Positions 44,615 through 54,400 of a DNA stretch of 64,000 nucleotides are shown one piece after another (position 1 is the stretch's first letter; each line of letters opens with the position of its first letter). The position numbers and the translations under genes were made by a program. A model generated the notes under the pieces. The model saw only the letters and a list, made by a program, of their open reading frames with translations, ran no database searches and was not told where the DNA came from. The stretch comes from Bacteroidales bacterium (GTDB lineage: Bacteria > Bacteroidota > Bacteroidia > Bacteroidales > ML635J-15). The stretch spans positions 1,528 through 65,527 of the forward strand of contig JAFZWY010000052.1 of the NCBI GenBank assembly GCA_017617125.1. The letters run 5' to 3'.

Positions 44615-46768
44615 ATGAAAAATTATCAAACCCAACAGATTAGAAACTTATCGCTAGTCGGTAATTCTGGTGCAGGAAAAACGACTTTGGCTGAAAGTAT
44701 GTTGCAGGTTGGTGGTGTTATCACTCGTAAGGGCGACATCGCTAGCAAGAACACCGTTTCCGACTACAGACTCATCGAGCAGGAAAACGGCAACTCTCTT
44801 TATTCAACCGTAATGTATGCTGAACTCGGAAATACTAAGTTCAACATCCTCGACTGCCCAGGTATGGACGACTTTATCGGTGGCGTTGTTTCTTCTTTGT
44901 TCGCTACAGATATAGCAGTAATGGTCGTTAACGCTCAGAACGGCGTTGAAGTTGGTACCGAAATCCACGGTCGTTACCTCGAACAGGCAGGTAAGCCTAT
45001 GATTATCGCTCTCAACCAGCTCGACCACGAAAAGACAAACTTCGATCATACTATCGAAACTATCCGCGAGGCTTTCGGACAGAACGCAGTAGTTGCTCAG
45101 TTCCCAGTTAACCCTGGCGTTGGCTGCACTTCGTTCATCGACGTTATCAGCCACAAGATGTATGTTCAGAATGGAAACAACATCGAAGTTAAGGACATCC
45201 CTGCTGAATACGAAGAAAAGGCTCAGGAATACAAGAACCAGATTATCGAAATCGCTGCAGAAGCAGACGAAGAACTCATGGACATCTTCTTCACCAACGA
45301 CACTCTTACCGAAGAGGAAATGATGAAGGGTATTGTAAAGGGTCTTCCAGCTCGCGGAATTTTCCCGATTTTCTGCGTTAACGCTCGCACCGACCTCGGT
45401 GTTAAGAGACTTATGGAATTCATCGCCGACGTAGTTCCTTCACCAGACAAGATGGAGCACATTAAGGATACCGAAGGCCGCGAAATCAAGTGCGATTCAA
45501 GCGCAAAGCCGGTTCTTTACATCTTCAAGACTTCAACCGAAGAACATATCGGTGAAATTTGCTACTTCAAGGTTCTCAGCGGTACTATCACCGAAGGTAT
45601 CGACCTCTATAACCCAAAGACCAACACCAAGGAAAGACTTTCGGCTATCTACGCTTGCGCAGGTAAGACCAAGAACAAAGTTGATTCTCTCGCTGCTGGT
45701 GATATAGGTGCTACCGTTAAGTTGAAAGGTACTAAGTACGGACAGACCCTTGTTGCAATTGGCGAAGACAATGAAATCCCAGCTATCGAATATCCTGCAT
45801 ACAAGTACAGAGTAGCTGTTAAGGCTGTTAACGAAAGCGAATCTGAAAAGCTCATCGCTGCTATCAACAGCATGAAGGACGAAGATCCTACTTTGCTTTC
45901 TGAAAACAATATCGAATTGCGTCAGCTCATCGTTATGGGTCAGGGCGAATACCACATCAACATCATGAAGTGGCACCTCGACAATGTTTACAAGATTGCT
46001 GCTCAGTTCGACAAGCCAAGAATCGAATACCGCGAAACTATTACTAAGGTGGCTAATGCAACCTACCGTCACAAGAAACAGTCGGGTGGTGCTGGTCAGT
46101 TTGGTGAAGTTGCCCTCCTTATCGAACCTATCGTTGAAGGTGTTGACACAACTGGTAAGTTCAAGATCGACGGTAAGGAACAGGTTATGACCATCAAGGC
46201 TAAGGAAGAAATTCCTCTGAAGTGGGGTGGTCGCCTCGAGTTCTACAACTGCGTAGTTGGTGGTGCTATCGATGCTAGCTTCATGCCTGCAATTAAGAAG
46301 GGTTTGATGCAGAAGATGGAAGAAGGTCCTTTGACTGGTTCTTACGCTCGCGACATCAGAGTATTCGTTTACGACGGTAAGATGCACCCGGTTGATTCAA
46401 AGGAAATCGCATTCATCATCGCTGCTCGTAATGCATTCAGCCAGGCATTTAAGCTTGCTGGTCCTAAGATCATGGAACCTGTTTACGACCTCGAAGTTCT
46501 CGTTCCAGGCGACAGAATGGGTGATGTTATCAGCGACTTGAACGGTCGTCGTGCTATCGTTCAGGGTATGTCGAGCGAAAAGGGATTCCAGAAGATCACC
46601 GCTCGCGTTCCACTGGCAGAAATGTCAACATTCTCTACTTCACTTCGCGCTAATACCGGCGGTCGTGCAATGTACAGCATGAGCTTTGCTGAATACCAGC
46701 AGGTTCCACCTGATGTACAGGATGCATTGCTTAAGGAATACGAAGCAAACAAGCAGGAAGAAGACTAA
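44615..46768 (+). CDS. Elongation factor G paralogue (EF-G2-like) with a non-canonical GTPase centre
   Basis: Full five-domain EF-G length (717 aa). The P-loop GNSGAGKTT is retained. Switch II reads DCPGMDDF rather than DTPGHVDF, and G4 reads NQLD rather than NKxD. Confidence 0.85.
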   Translation: MKNYQTQQIRNLSLVGNSGAGKTTLAESMLQVGGVITRKGDIASKNTVSDYRLIEQENGNSLYSTVMYAELGNTKFNILDCPGMDDFIGGVVSSLFATDIAVMVVNAQNGVEVGTEIHGRYLEQAGKPMIIALNQLDHEKTNFDHTIETIREAFGQNAVVAQFPVNPGVGCTSFIDVISHKMYVQNGNNIEVKDIPAEYEEKAQEYKNQIIEIAAEADEELMDIFFTNDTLTEEEMMKGIVKGLPARGIFPIFCVNARTDLGVKRLMEFIADVVPSPDKMEHIKDTEGREIKCDSSAKPVLYIFKTSTEEHIGEICYFKVLSGTITEGIDLYNPKTNTKERLSAIYACAGKTKNKVDSLAAGDIGATVKLKGTKYGQTLVAIGEDNEIPAIEYPAYKYRVAVKAVNESESEKLIAAINSMKDEDPTLLSENNIELRQLIVMGQGEYHINIMKWHLDNVYKIAAQFDKPRIEYRETITKVANATYRHKKQSGGAGQFGEVALLIEPIVEGVDTTGKFKIDGKEQVMTIKAKEEIPLKWGGRLEFYNCVVGGAIDASFMPAIKKGLMQKMEEGPLTGSYARDIRVFVYDGKMHPVDSKEIAFIIAARNAFSQAFKLAGPKIMEPVYDLEVLVPGDRMGDVISDLNGRRAIVQGMSSEKGFQKITARVPLAEMSTFSTSLRANTGGRAMYSMSFAEYQQVPPDVQDALLKEYEANKQEED

Positions 46769-46792
46769 TGAATTATTTTTCATACAAGGAAA

Positions 46793-46816
46793 GGGGAAGT
46801 TCGCTTCCCCTTTTTT
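46793..46816 (+). terminator. Rho-independent terminator
   Basis: Stem GGGGAAG / CTTCCCC with a 4-nt loop, followed by TTTTTT. Confidence 0.75.
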
Positions 46817-46852
46817 GTTGCTTGTATGAGCAATGATTTCAACTAAAAAGAT

Positions 46853-46860
46853 TATCTTTG
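46853..46860 (+). promoter_or_regulatory. -7 box (TAtcTTTG)
   Basis: 22 nt upstream of the ATG at 46883. Confidence 0.45.
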
Positions 46861-46882
46861 CCCAATAATTTACGACATAAAA

Positions 46883-48043
46883 ATGGCAAAAATTCTTGTT
46901 ATTGATGATGAGCGTAGTATCAGAAATACGCTAAAAGATATACTTGGACTTGAGGGTCATAAAGTAGAAGTGGCCGAAGACGGCGAACAGGGCTTTACAA
47001 TGGCGTCGGGAACTAAATTCGATGCTGTGTTCTGCGATATTAAGATGCCAAAGATGGATGGCATGGAAGTGTTGGAAAAACTTCGCGAAAATTCTCCCGA
47101 AACACCAGTGGTCATGATTTCTGGTCATGGTGACGTAGATACCGCTGTGGAATCGATAAAGAAAGGCGCTTTCGACTACATACAGAAGCCGCTGGACCTT
47201 AACAGGTTGCTCGTTACTCTGCGCAACGCCCTTGATAGGTCTAACCTGGTTGTGGAAACAAAGAACCTGAAGAAAAAGATTAGCCCTAAATACAAGATGA
47301 TTGGCGAAACCCCGGCAATGCTGAAGGTTAAGGAACTTATCGACCGTGTTGCTCCAACCGATGCGAGAGTGCTTATAACCGGTAGCAACGGAACAGGAAA
47401 AGAAGCTGTTGCACATTGGATTCATGAGAAGAGCAACCGCGCATCTGCACCTTTTGTAGAGGTCAACTGCGCTGCAATCCCATCAGAACTTATCGAAAGC
47501 GAACTGTTCGGTCACATGAAAGGTTCGTTTACTGGTGCTGTAAAGGACAAGGCTGGTAAATTTGAGCAGGCCGACGGCGGAACTTTGTTCCTCGATGAGA
47601 TTGGTGACATGAGCCTTGCCGCACAGGCAAAGGTTCTCAGGGCTTTGCAGGAAAACCGCATCACTCGTATTGGTAGTGATAAGGATGTGACTGTGAATGT
47701 GAGAGTTATTGCCGCAACAAACAAGAATCTGCGCGATGAAATTGAGAAAAACAATTTCCGCGAGGACTTGTACCACAGGTTGAGCGTCATTATTATACAC
47801 ATGCCGGCTCTAAACGAGCGCACCGACGATATTCCGCTGTTGGTCGACGATTTTATCAAGACTTGTTGCGAGGAACAGAATTTCCCGACAAAGAAGATTT
47901 CTCCAGAGGCTTTGGAGGAACTAAAAAAGATAAACTGGCGTGGAAATGTGCGCGAACTTAAGAATGTCATCGAAAGACTTGTGATTTTGTGCGGACCCGA
48001 AATAACCGCCGAGGATGTGAAAGTTTATGCAAATGTATTTTAA
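46883..48043 (+). CDS. Sigma-54-dependent response regulator (REC + AAA+ activator domains) lacking a C-terminal HTH
   Basis: REC domain (ILVIDDE...DIKMPKMDG...GAFDYIQKP). AAA+ domain (ITGSNGTGKE Walker A, ESELFGH, GSFTGA sigma-54 contact loop, LFLDEIG Walker B, RGNVRELKN). The protein ends about 25 aa after the sensor-II region. Confidence 0.85.
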   Translation: MAKILVIDDERSIRNTLKDILGLEGHKVEVAEDGEQGFTMASGTKFDAVFCDIKMPKMDGMEVLEKLRENSPETPVVMISGHGDVDTAVESIKKGAFDYIQKPLDLNRLLVTLRNALDRSNLVVETKNLKKKISPKYKMIGETPAMLKVKELIDRVAPTDARVLITGSNGTGKEAVAHWIHEKSNRASAPFVEVNCAAIPSELIESELFGHMKGSFTGAVKDKAGKFEQADGGTLFLDEIGDMSLAAQAKVLRALQENRITRIGSDKDVTVNVRVIAATNKNLRDEIEKNNFREDLYHRLSVIIIHMPALNERTDDIPLLVDDFIKTCCEEQNFPTKKISPEALEELKKINWRGNVRELKNVIERLVILCGPEITAEDVKVYANVF

Positions 48044-48056
48044 TAGATAATAGGTA

Positions 48057-48710
48057 ATGAAGAAGATTATAGTTTCCCCGTCCTTGCTTTCTGCCGATTT
48101 TAATAATCTTGGCAAGGATATTGAAATGATAAATAGGAGTGAGGCCGACTGGTTCCATCTCGATATTATGGACGGTGTGTTTGTGCCCAACATTTCGTTT
48201 GGTTTGCCAGTGGTGAAAAGTGTGAAGAAATTGGCTCAAAAGCCTTTGGACGTACATTTGATGATTGTTCAGCCCGAAAGATACATTACTGCATTCAAGA
48301 ATGCAGGTACCGACATACTTACAGTTCATTATGAGGCATGCACACATCTGCATCGTACAATACAGGAAATCAAGGCTGCTGGTATGAAGGCTGGCGTATC
48401 GGTAAACCCGCACACTTCTGTAAAACTTCTCGAAGATATTCTACCCGAAATCGATTTGGTATTGATAATGTCGGTAAATCCAGGATTTGGCGGACAGTCG
48501 TTCATAAAGAACAGCCTGAAGAAGATTTCCGAAATCAGAAATCTTGCCGATGTTGTAAATCCAGAGGTTATCGTCGAGGTGGACGGCGGTGTAGATACCA
48601 ACAACCATCGTGAAATTGTGAAGGCTGGCGCAAATGCTCTCGTTGCAGGTAGTGCCGTGTTTGGCGCTGAGAATCCAACCGAGGCTATTGCAAAGCTGAA
48701 GACCATCTAA
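48057..48710 (+). CDS. rpe: Ribulose-phosphate 3-epimerase
   Basis: PSLLSADFNNLGKDI...HLDIMDGVFVPNISFG...MSVNPGFGGQSFI...VDGG. Confidence 0.92.
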   Translation: MKKIIVSPSLLSADFNNLGKDIEMINRSEADWFHLDIMDGVFVPNISFGLPVVKSVKKLAQKPLDVHLMIVQPERYITAFKNAGTDILTVHYEACTHLHRTIQEIKAAGMKAGVSVNPHTSVKLLEDILPEIDLVLIMSVNPGFGGQSFIKNSLKKISEIRNLADVVNPEVIVEVDGGVDTNNHREIVKAGANALVAGSAVFGAENPTEAIAKLKTI

Positions 48711-48714
48711 TGGA

Positions 48715-49593
48715 ATGAAGTTTCTCGAGTATATATCGTTCCGCTTTCTTGTACTCTGTTCCAGGATAACCCCTTTCTTCTTGGTTTATTTCTGGGCTGA
48801 TGTGTTCTATTTCATAATTTATTATGTGGCAGGATATCGCAAGAAGGTGGTAATCGATAACTTGAGAAAATCTTTCCCCGATAAGTCGGAAAAGGAGATA
48901 AAAGCACTTGCCAAGAAATTCTACCATCATCTTGCCGATGTTACTTTGGAGGCAATAAAGGCCATGACAATCTCACGCAAGCAGATACAGAAACGCTATG
49001 TGGTTGAGAATGTCGAAATTCCGAACGAATATTTTGATCGCGGACAGTCGGTTTTGCTACTTACCAGTCATTATGGAAACTGGGAGTACGGAATGCTAGC
49101 AACCGACATGGCTATCAAGCATCAGACTGTGGCTTTGTATTTGCCGCTTACCAACAAGTATTCGGAGAAGTATGGCGTTACAAGACGCGGCAGATTTGGA
49201 ATGAAAATGGTGGCTGTGCAGCAGACCAAGTCGGTTTTCGATGGTAGCATTGGAAGCGGTCCGTTTGGTGTGATTATGGCTGCCGACCAAAGCCCGTCGA
49301 ATGTTGAACGTGCAATATGGCTCGATTTCCTAAACCACGATACAGCATGTATACATGGACCTGAGGCTTATGCACGCAAAATGAATATGCCTGCGCTGTA
49401 TATGAGGATTTCGAAGCCTCGCCGCGGACATTACAAGCTGACGTTCGAAAAACTGATAGACAATCCGCAGCAATACGAGCAGGGCGAAATAACTAGATTG
49501 TATTTTTCGCGGCTCGAGAAGGATATTCTGGAGTGTCCCGAGTTTTGGCTCTGGTCGCATAGGCGATGGAAGCATTCAAGAAATAAGGAATAA
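48715..49593 (+). CDS. Lipid A late acyltransferase-like (LpxL/HtrB family lysophospholipid acyltransferase)
   Basis: N-terminal membrane anchor, TSHYGNWEYG (the HX4E/D motif of the LpxL family), 292 aa. Confidence 0.7.
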   Translation: MKFLEYISFRFLVLCSRITPFFLVYFWADVFYFIIYYVAGYRKKVVIDNLRKSFPDKSEKEIKALAKKFYHHLADVTLEAIKAMTISRKQIQKRYVVENVEIPNEYFDRGQSVLLLTSHYGNWEYGMLATDMAIKHQTVALYLPLTNKYSEKYGVTRRGRFGMKMVAVQQTKSVFDGSIGSGPFGVIMAADQSPSNVERAIWLDFLNHDTACIHGPEAYARKMNMPALYMRISKPRRGHYKLTFEKLIDNPQQYEQGEITRLYFSRLEKDILECPEFWLWSHRRWKHSRNKE

Positions 49594-49598
49594 TATTT

Positions 49599-50234
49599 AT
49601 GATTGAGTATAATACATTTGTTTTCAATGCGTTTGGCGTAAATGCCTACATAGTGTACGATGAAACTCGCGAAGCTGTTATTATCGACGGAGCAGTGAAT
49701 TCCGATGGTGAGATGTCGTTGCTCAGGCAGTTTGTGTCCAGCAAGGGATTGCAAGTGAAGTACATTGTCAACACACACGGCCATCTCGACCATATTTGTG
49801 GCAACGATCGTCTCAAAGCTGAGTATAATGTTCCTGTGTTGGCAAATTTCAAGGATAACGACCTGATTGAGAATGTCGGCAGGGAAGCTGCAATGTTTGG
49901 TTTCCGTATGAATCGGCAGTCGTTGCCGGACCAGAATATTGCCGATGGCGATATAATCAAGTTTGGAAAGTCGTCGTTGAAAGTGCTTGAAGTTCCAGGA
50001 CATTCGCAGGGGAGTGTTGCTTTGTATTCCGAAGCGGGGAATTTTGTCGTTTGTGGTGATGCTTTGTTTTGCGGTGGGATAGGGCGTACCGATTTGCCAG
50101 GCGGCAGTTATGCCCAGCTTATAAAGAGCATCTCCGAGAAATTGTTTACCTTGCCTGCCAATTGCAAGGCTTTGCCTGGACATGGTGGTAGTACAACGAT
50201 AGGCTACGAAGTCGAGAATAATCCGTTTTTCTGA
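49599..50234 (+). CDS. MBL-fold metallo-hydrolase (glyoxalase II-like)
   Basis: NTHGHLDH metal-binding motif, VPGHSQGS, GDALF..GIGRTDLPGG. Confidence 0.8.
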   Translation: MIEYNTFVFNAFGVNAYIVYDETREAVIIDGAVNSDGEMSLLRQFVSSKGLQVKYIVNTHGHLDHICGNDRLKAEYNVPVLANFKDNDLIENVGREAAMFGFRMNRQSLPDQNIADGDIIKFGKSSLKVLEVPGHSQGSVALYSEAGNFVVCGDALFCGGIGRTDLPGGSYAQLIKSISEKLFTLPANCKALPGHGGSTTIGYEVENNPFF

Positions 50235-50340
50235 TGAAAAATGAGTGGGGAATAATGTTTGATATATGCAGAGAAGAATATAAAATCTAGATTTGTTACT
50301 AATATTATATTTACAATACTCGAATTGAGATTATCATAGA

Positions 50341-50835
50341 ATGAATAAGCGTATATTATTGCTCATATCGGTTATAAATTTATTGTTGGCGTGTTCCGCG
50401 TTTGCACAAAATGTTGATATAATGCAGATGTCATGTGATATAGTTGTCGCAGGCAAAATTTCGACAAACTCAGCAAGCCGAATATACGATGATACAATAA
50501 AAGAATTGTGTACGATAAGAAATGTCAAAAAAGCAAAAGGTTTTAATGTCATTTTTGCTAAAGTAAAGAGTAATGATTATTTGATAGTAATATTGTCAAA
50601 AAGTCATTATAAGCGAAAAAATATAGTTGATAAAATAGAATGTGGTAAGGATTATAATTTTGTATTGCATCCGCTTTATAATTTTTCTGAAAAATATTTT
50701 CCGATGATTGTGGATGTAAAAAAATATAAAATTATGGGGAAAACTTTACGAATCAAAGGATCTCATTATGTTTATGAGATTTATACTTCACCAAATCTAA
50801 TTGGTTTGTATTATTGCTCAGAAAAGAATGAATAA
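50341..50835 (+). CDS. Hypothetical exported protein (164 aa) in AT-rich islet
   Basis: Signal peptide MNKRILLLISVINLLLACSAFAQ. No recognisable motif. Visibly lower GC than the neighbouring genes. Confidence 0.5.
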   Translation: MNKRILLLISVINLLLACSAFAQNVDIMQMSCDIVVAGKISTNSASRIYDDTIKELCTIRNVKKAKGFNVIFAKVKSNDYLIVILSKSHYKRKNIVDKIECGKDYNFVLHPLYNFSEKYFPMIVDVKKYKIMGKTLRIKGSHYVYEIYTSPNLIGLYYCSEKNE

Positions 50836-50855
50836 ATTTTCCTATCTTTGTCACT

Positions 50856-51380
50856 ATGGGACTCCGAAATATATTATTCATAATTGCCACATTGTTGCCG
50901 TGTTTGGTTTCCTCGCAAGAAGATTCTATAATTATAATTGATACCGCTTCTGTTGAGATATTCAACAATAAAACAAATGAGTATGAGATATGGGGATATA
51001 TTAACATAATAAATAATACGGATGAAGAATATATTACTTGGATAACAAAAAATAGCGTGGCGGACAGAACAAATGATCAGAAAATTACTGACTATTTTTT
51101 TCATCATAAACCGCATTACGATTTTAGCCTTTTTAATCTCATGTGTGAAAATATTGTATTTGAAGGAGGATGGCGTCCGATTATCGATTATTCGTTATTG
51201 AAAAACATATTACCAGGACGAGAGTTTACGTATATGTTTATAAAAACAGACACTAATATGGACTTATATAAAGATAGAGTAGTGTTATTAAAAAGAAAGG
51301 ATGTTGAGGAATTTCTGAAGTTTGAAATTCAAGATTATTTTTTATTTCCTCAATCAAGCATAGTGATTGATATGGAATGA
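50856..51380 (+). CDS. Hypothetical exported protein (174 aa) in AT-rich islet
   Basis: Signal peptide MGLRNILFIIATLLPCLVSSQ. No recognisable motif. AT-rich. Confidence 0.5.
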   Translation: MGLRNILFIIATLLPCLVSSQEDSIIIIDTASVEIFNNKTNEYEIWGYINIINNTDEEYITWITKNSVADRTNDQKITDYFFHHKPHYDFSLFNLMCENIVFEGGWRPIIDYSLLKNILPGREFTYMFIKTDTNMDLYKDRVVLLKRKDVEEFLKFEIQDYFLFPQSSIVIDME

Positions 51381-51466
51381 GTTTATAATTTTATACATTA
51401 AGGCATTCCTAAGCATATTATTATTTGCTATATCGTTGCCATTATGACAAACAGAAAATAAAAAAA

Positions 51467-51487
51467 GGAGGCTTGCACCTCCTTTTT
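51467..51487. terminator. Bidirectional hairpin terminator between convergent genes
   Basis: Stem GGAGG / CCTCC with loop CTTGCA, an A-run on the left and a T-run on the right. Confidence 0.55.
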
Positions 51488-51488
51488 C

Positions 51489-54400
51489 TTATTTAACGCT
51501 AAAGTCGTTCTGTAGGTTCTCTTGTCGTGAGGTTGGTTGCTGCTTTCCTTCACTCATCTTCTTTACGCCGTCGAAAATGAAGCTACGCAATTCAGAAACT
51601 GATACCGACTTGTCCTTGTTCTTGTCGGCCTTGTTCTTCTTGAACGCATCCATGAGGCAGTAGGTGAAGATACCGTTTTCGATCGATTCGTTTTCCAAAG
51701 CGTAACCGCCACCCGAAGCAGCCGAGATTACAACTGTTCCCGTTCCCTTCTTGAGGTCGCTGAAGAGCAGACGCATAAGTTCGAACGAGTTTCCAAGGCT
51801 GTTCTTTGTCTTTTTACGCTTGTTTACTGTTACAGCACCACGGGTGTCGTCGCCTTCTGCCTTGTCGGCAATTTCTACACCGTCTTCTTTGTCAACTTCA
51901 CCAGAGTGGCAAGCATCCATCAAAAGGAGTTTGTTACGTGCCGGGATTCCATCGAGAACACTTTCAATCTCTTCGTACTTAAGGCCGTTTACCGACGGAT
52001 CGAAGAAGTCGATGTTCTGAGTAGCAAAGTACCAGTTGAGGTCGTCGTCGAGCAAGCCGTGGCCTGCGATGTGTACATATACATAGTCGTCGACGTTGGT
52101 CTTCAGAAGCTTTTCCTTGAGAGCAAGGAAGTTGTCCTTTGTACAGTTGTTGTTGTACAGCGAGTCGACAACAACATGGTCGAACTTGTCGGCATGTTCG
52201 CTGAACAGCTTGACAAATCCGCGGCCATCGTTGATGGTGTAGCGCAGGTTGTATTCCGACTGTGCGTATTCTGCTACTGCCAGAGAAATCAGGTAAAGAG
52301 TCGGTTTTTTCTTCTTGTTAGGATTGTCGTAGTAAACTTCAATCTCTTCCTTGAGCGATTCCATACCTTTCTCGTTGGTGCACGATAGCTGTATTACGTT
52401 TCTGTCCGACGACAGAGGAATTTCGATGTTTACAATGGTCTCACGCGAATACCTGTCGCTCAAATCCATACCGTTTGTACCATATACAGGAACGTCGTTT
52501 ACATAGACGTTGAGTCGGTTGAGGTTGTAGTTCGCATCCTTCATCGATAGTTTCATGTATGTGGTAGGCTGGTGGGTTGTGAGCTGTATCTCGTTAAGGT
52601 TCATAATCTTTATTTCAGGAAGCTCGAGTTCGCCGTTCAGCATGCTTTCGGTAAATCCGAGTTTCTGTATACGCTTGTTGTATGCCGACTTGTACATGGC
52701 GATAATTTCGTTGTCGAAAATATCAAGCGACTTAAGTACAAGGTCTGGGCGGTTGAACCTAAGGTCGAACTGCTCTGCGGGATAAATCTTGCCGTTGTGG
52801 TAGTATCCGAGACCTGTGATTGCATCACCTGTGGCCATGTAGTAGTGTTCGGGAGTTACGTAGATAAGCTTACCGCCATCGACAACGTAGATGCTCAACA
52901 GTTTTGTTCCCGACTGAATGTCGTAGATGTTGAGCGATGCATCCTTTGCCGAAGCGATCAGGAACTGCTGGCCCTTCATCAGAATGAAGTCGTTGATGAA
53001 TCCGTACTGGCCCTTGTAGGTTACGTTCTTGCCGTCCTTGCCGAGACGTTCGATTTCGTAGCCCTTGCATTTATATACATCGCCTGTCGACGGGTCGATC
53101 TTGATGAGGTAGTAGTCGTTCATTGTCGGTTCGTCTTTCTGACGGACGAGCAAGGTGTTGTCGAGCTGTGCATTTTCGGTGAGCGTACTCATCTCGCATT
53201 CGGTACCCACGCCAAATCCTGACATAGAAGCCTTGTACCTGTATATCTTTCTGTCTTCCTCGCCAATACCATAAAGCATATTTGTAGTATCGAAGCAGAG
53301 CTGCTTGAAGATGTGAGTGTTGTTTGCAACAGCCATGCCTTGACCAACGCCTTTTTTGGGAGTACGTTCGTCCTTATTTCCTAAAATATTGAGCGATGAG
53401 ATGTTTGCGAATTTGAGTACCGGGTCGGTCAAACCCCATTTTCCTGCAGAGTATGCAAGATACTTTCCATCGGGGCTAACTGCAACCGAATATACGTTTT
53501 CGTCGTAGATGCTGTTCTTTGCATCGTTGCCTTTCAGCGCCTGTTCCTGTATTGCCTTGATGTCGAATACTTGCTTTACTTTGCCAGAACCGCTCTGTGC
53601 TTTGAATTTCTGTAGTACGCACTTGTTTTCGAAGTCTACTACTGTGGCTGAATTGTCGCTACCGGCGGTAACAGCTACGTTGTTGTTTGGCGACATCTGT
53701 ATGTCGTTTATCTGTCCGTCGTGAGTATCAACGGCGTCGCATATAAGTTTGTCGATAGTGAAAGTAATTCTGTATGAATATCCAAGTTCATCGCCAAATG
53801 CGAACGATTGGTTGTTGCTGCTTGATGCAAGTGCCGAAATGTTGAAGCTTCTAGGAACGAAACGCTTTTCCATCTTGTACGATGGGAGACGCCAGATACT
53901 TACCGAACGGTCTGCCGATGCGACGGCTACCGTGTTGCCGTCTTTCGAGAATGAGATGTCGTTGATAGGTAGGCTGTGTACATTTTCGAAACTCTGAAGT
54001 GCAAGGTTGGTGTTGCAGAAATACAGACCGCCGTTTTCGTCACCGGCAATAATGTATTTGTGGTCTTCGGATTCGGCAACGTAGGTAAACTTTGTGTATG
54101 CGCTACGGTTGAAAAGGGTAGTGGCCCCACCTACTTTCTTGAGTGCCGAGCTTCTAACCTTGAAGTTAGGTGACATTTTCTTTGGTGGAACACCATGCGG
54201 AGCCTCGGTGGTTTGCAATGTCTGCGGGTCGAAGCATATTGCATAGTCGGTGTTGCTTGCATAAAGTTTGCCGTCATCGAAGAACTTTATTCCAGTAACC
54301 AGTTTTGTGCCGGGGAATTTTGTCCTGAAGAACACTTTACCTGCGATTATGTCGTATATAATGATTTCGTTATTGTCGTCGGCGCTTGCAATGTAGCGTC

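Noticed and set aside
45533-46387. 284-aa antisense ORF in the EF-G paralogue, and comparable antisense ORFs at 49431-50183, 52572-53222, 59443-60189 and 61876-62562
   Set aside because: Each lies opposite a confidently identified gene (EF-G, LpxL-like/MBL, caspase, prolyl oligopeptidase, Fic) and has no motifs of its own.
50843-50850. TAtcTTTG box 6 nt upstream of the ATG at 50856 as a promoter
   Set aside because: It is too close to the start codon compared with the 22-95 nt seen at other genes here, and in an AT-rich region chance matches are likely.
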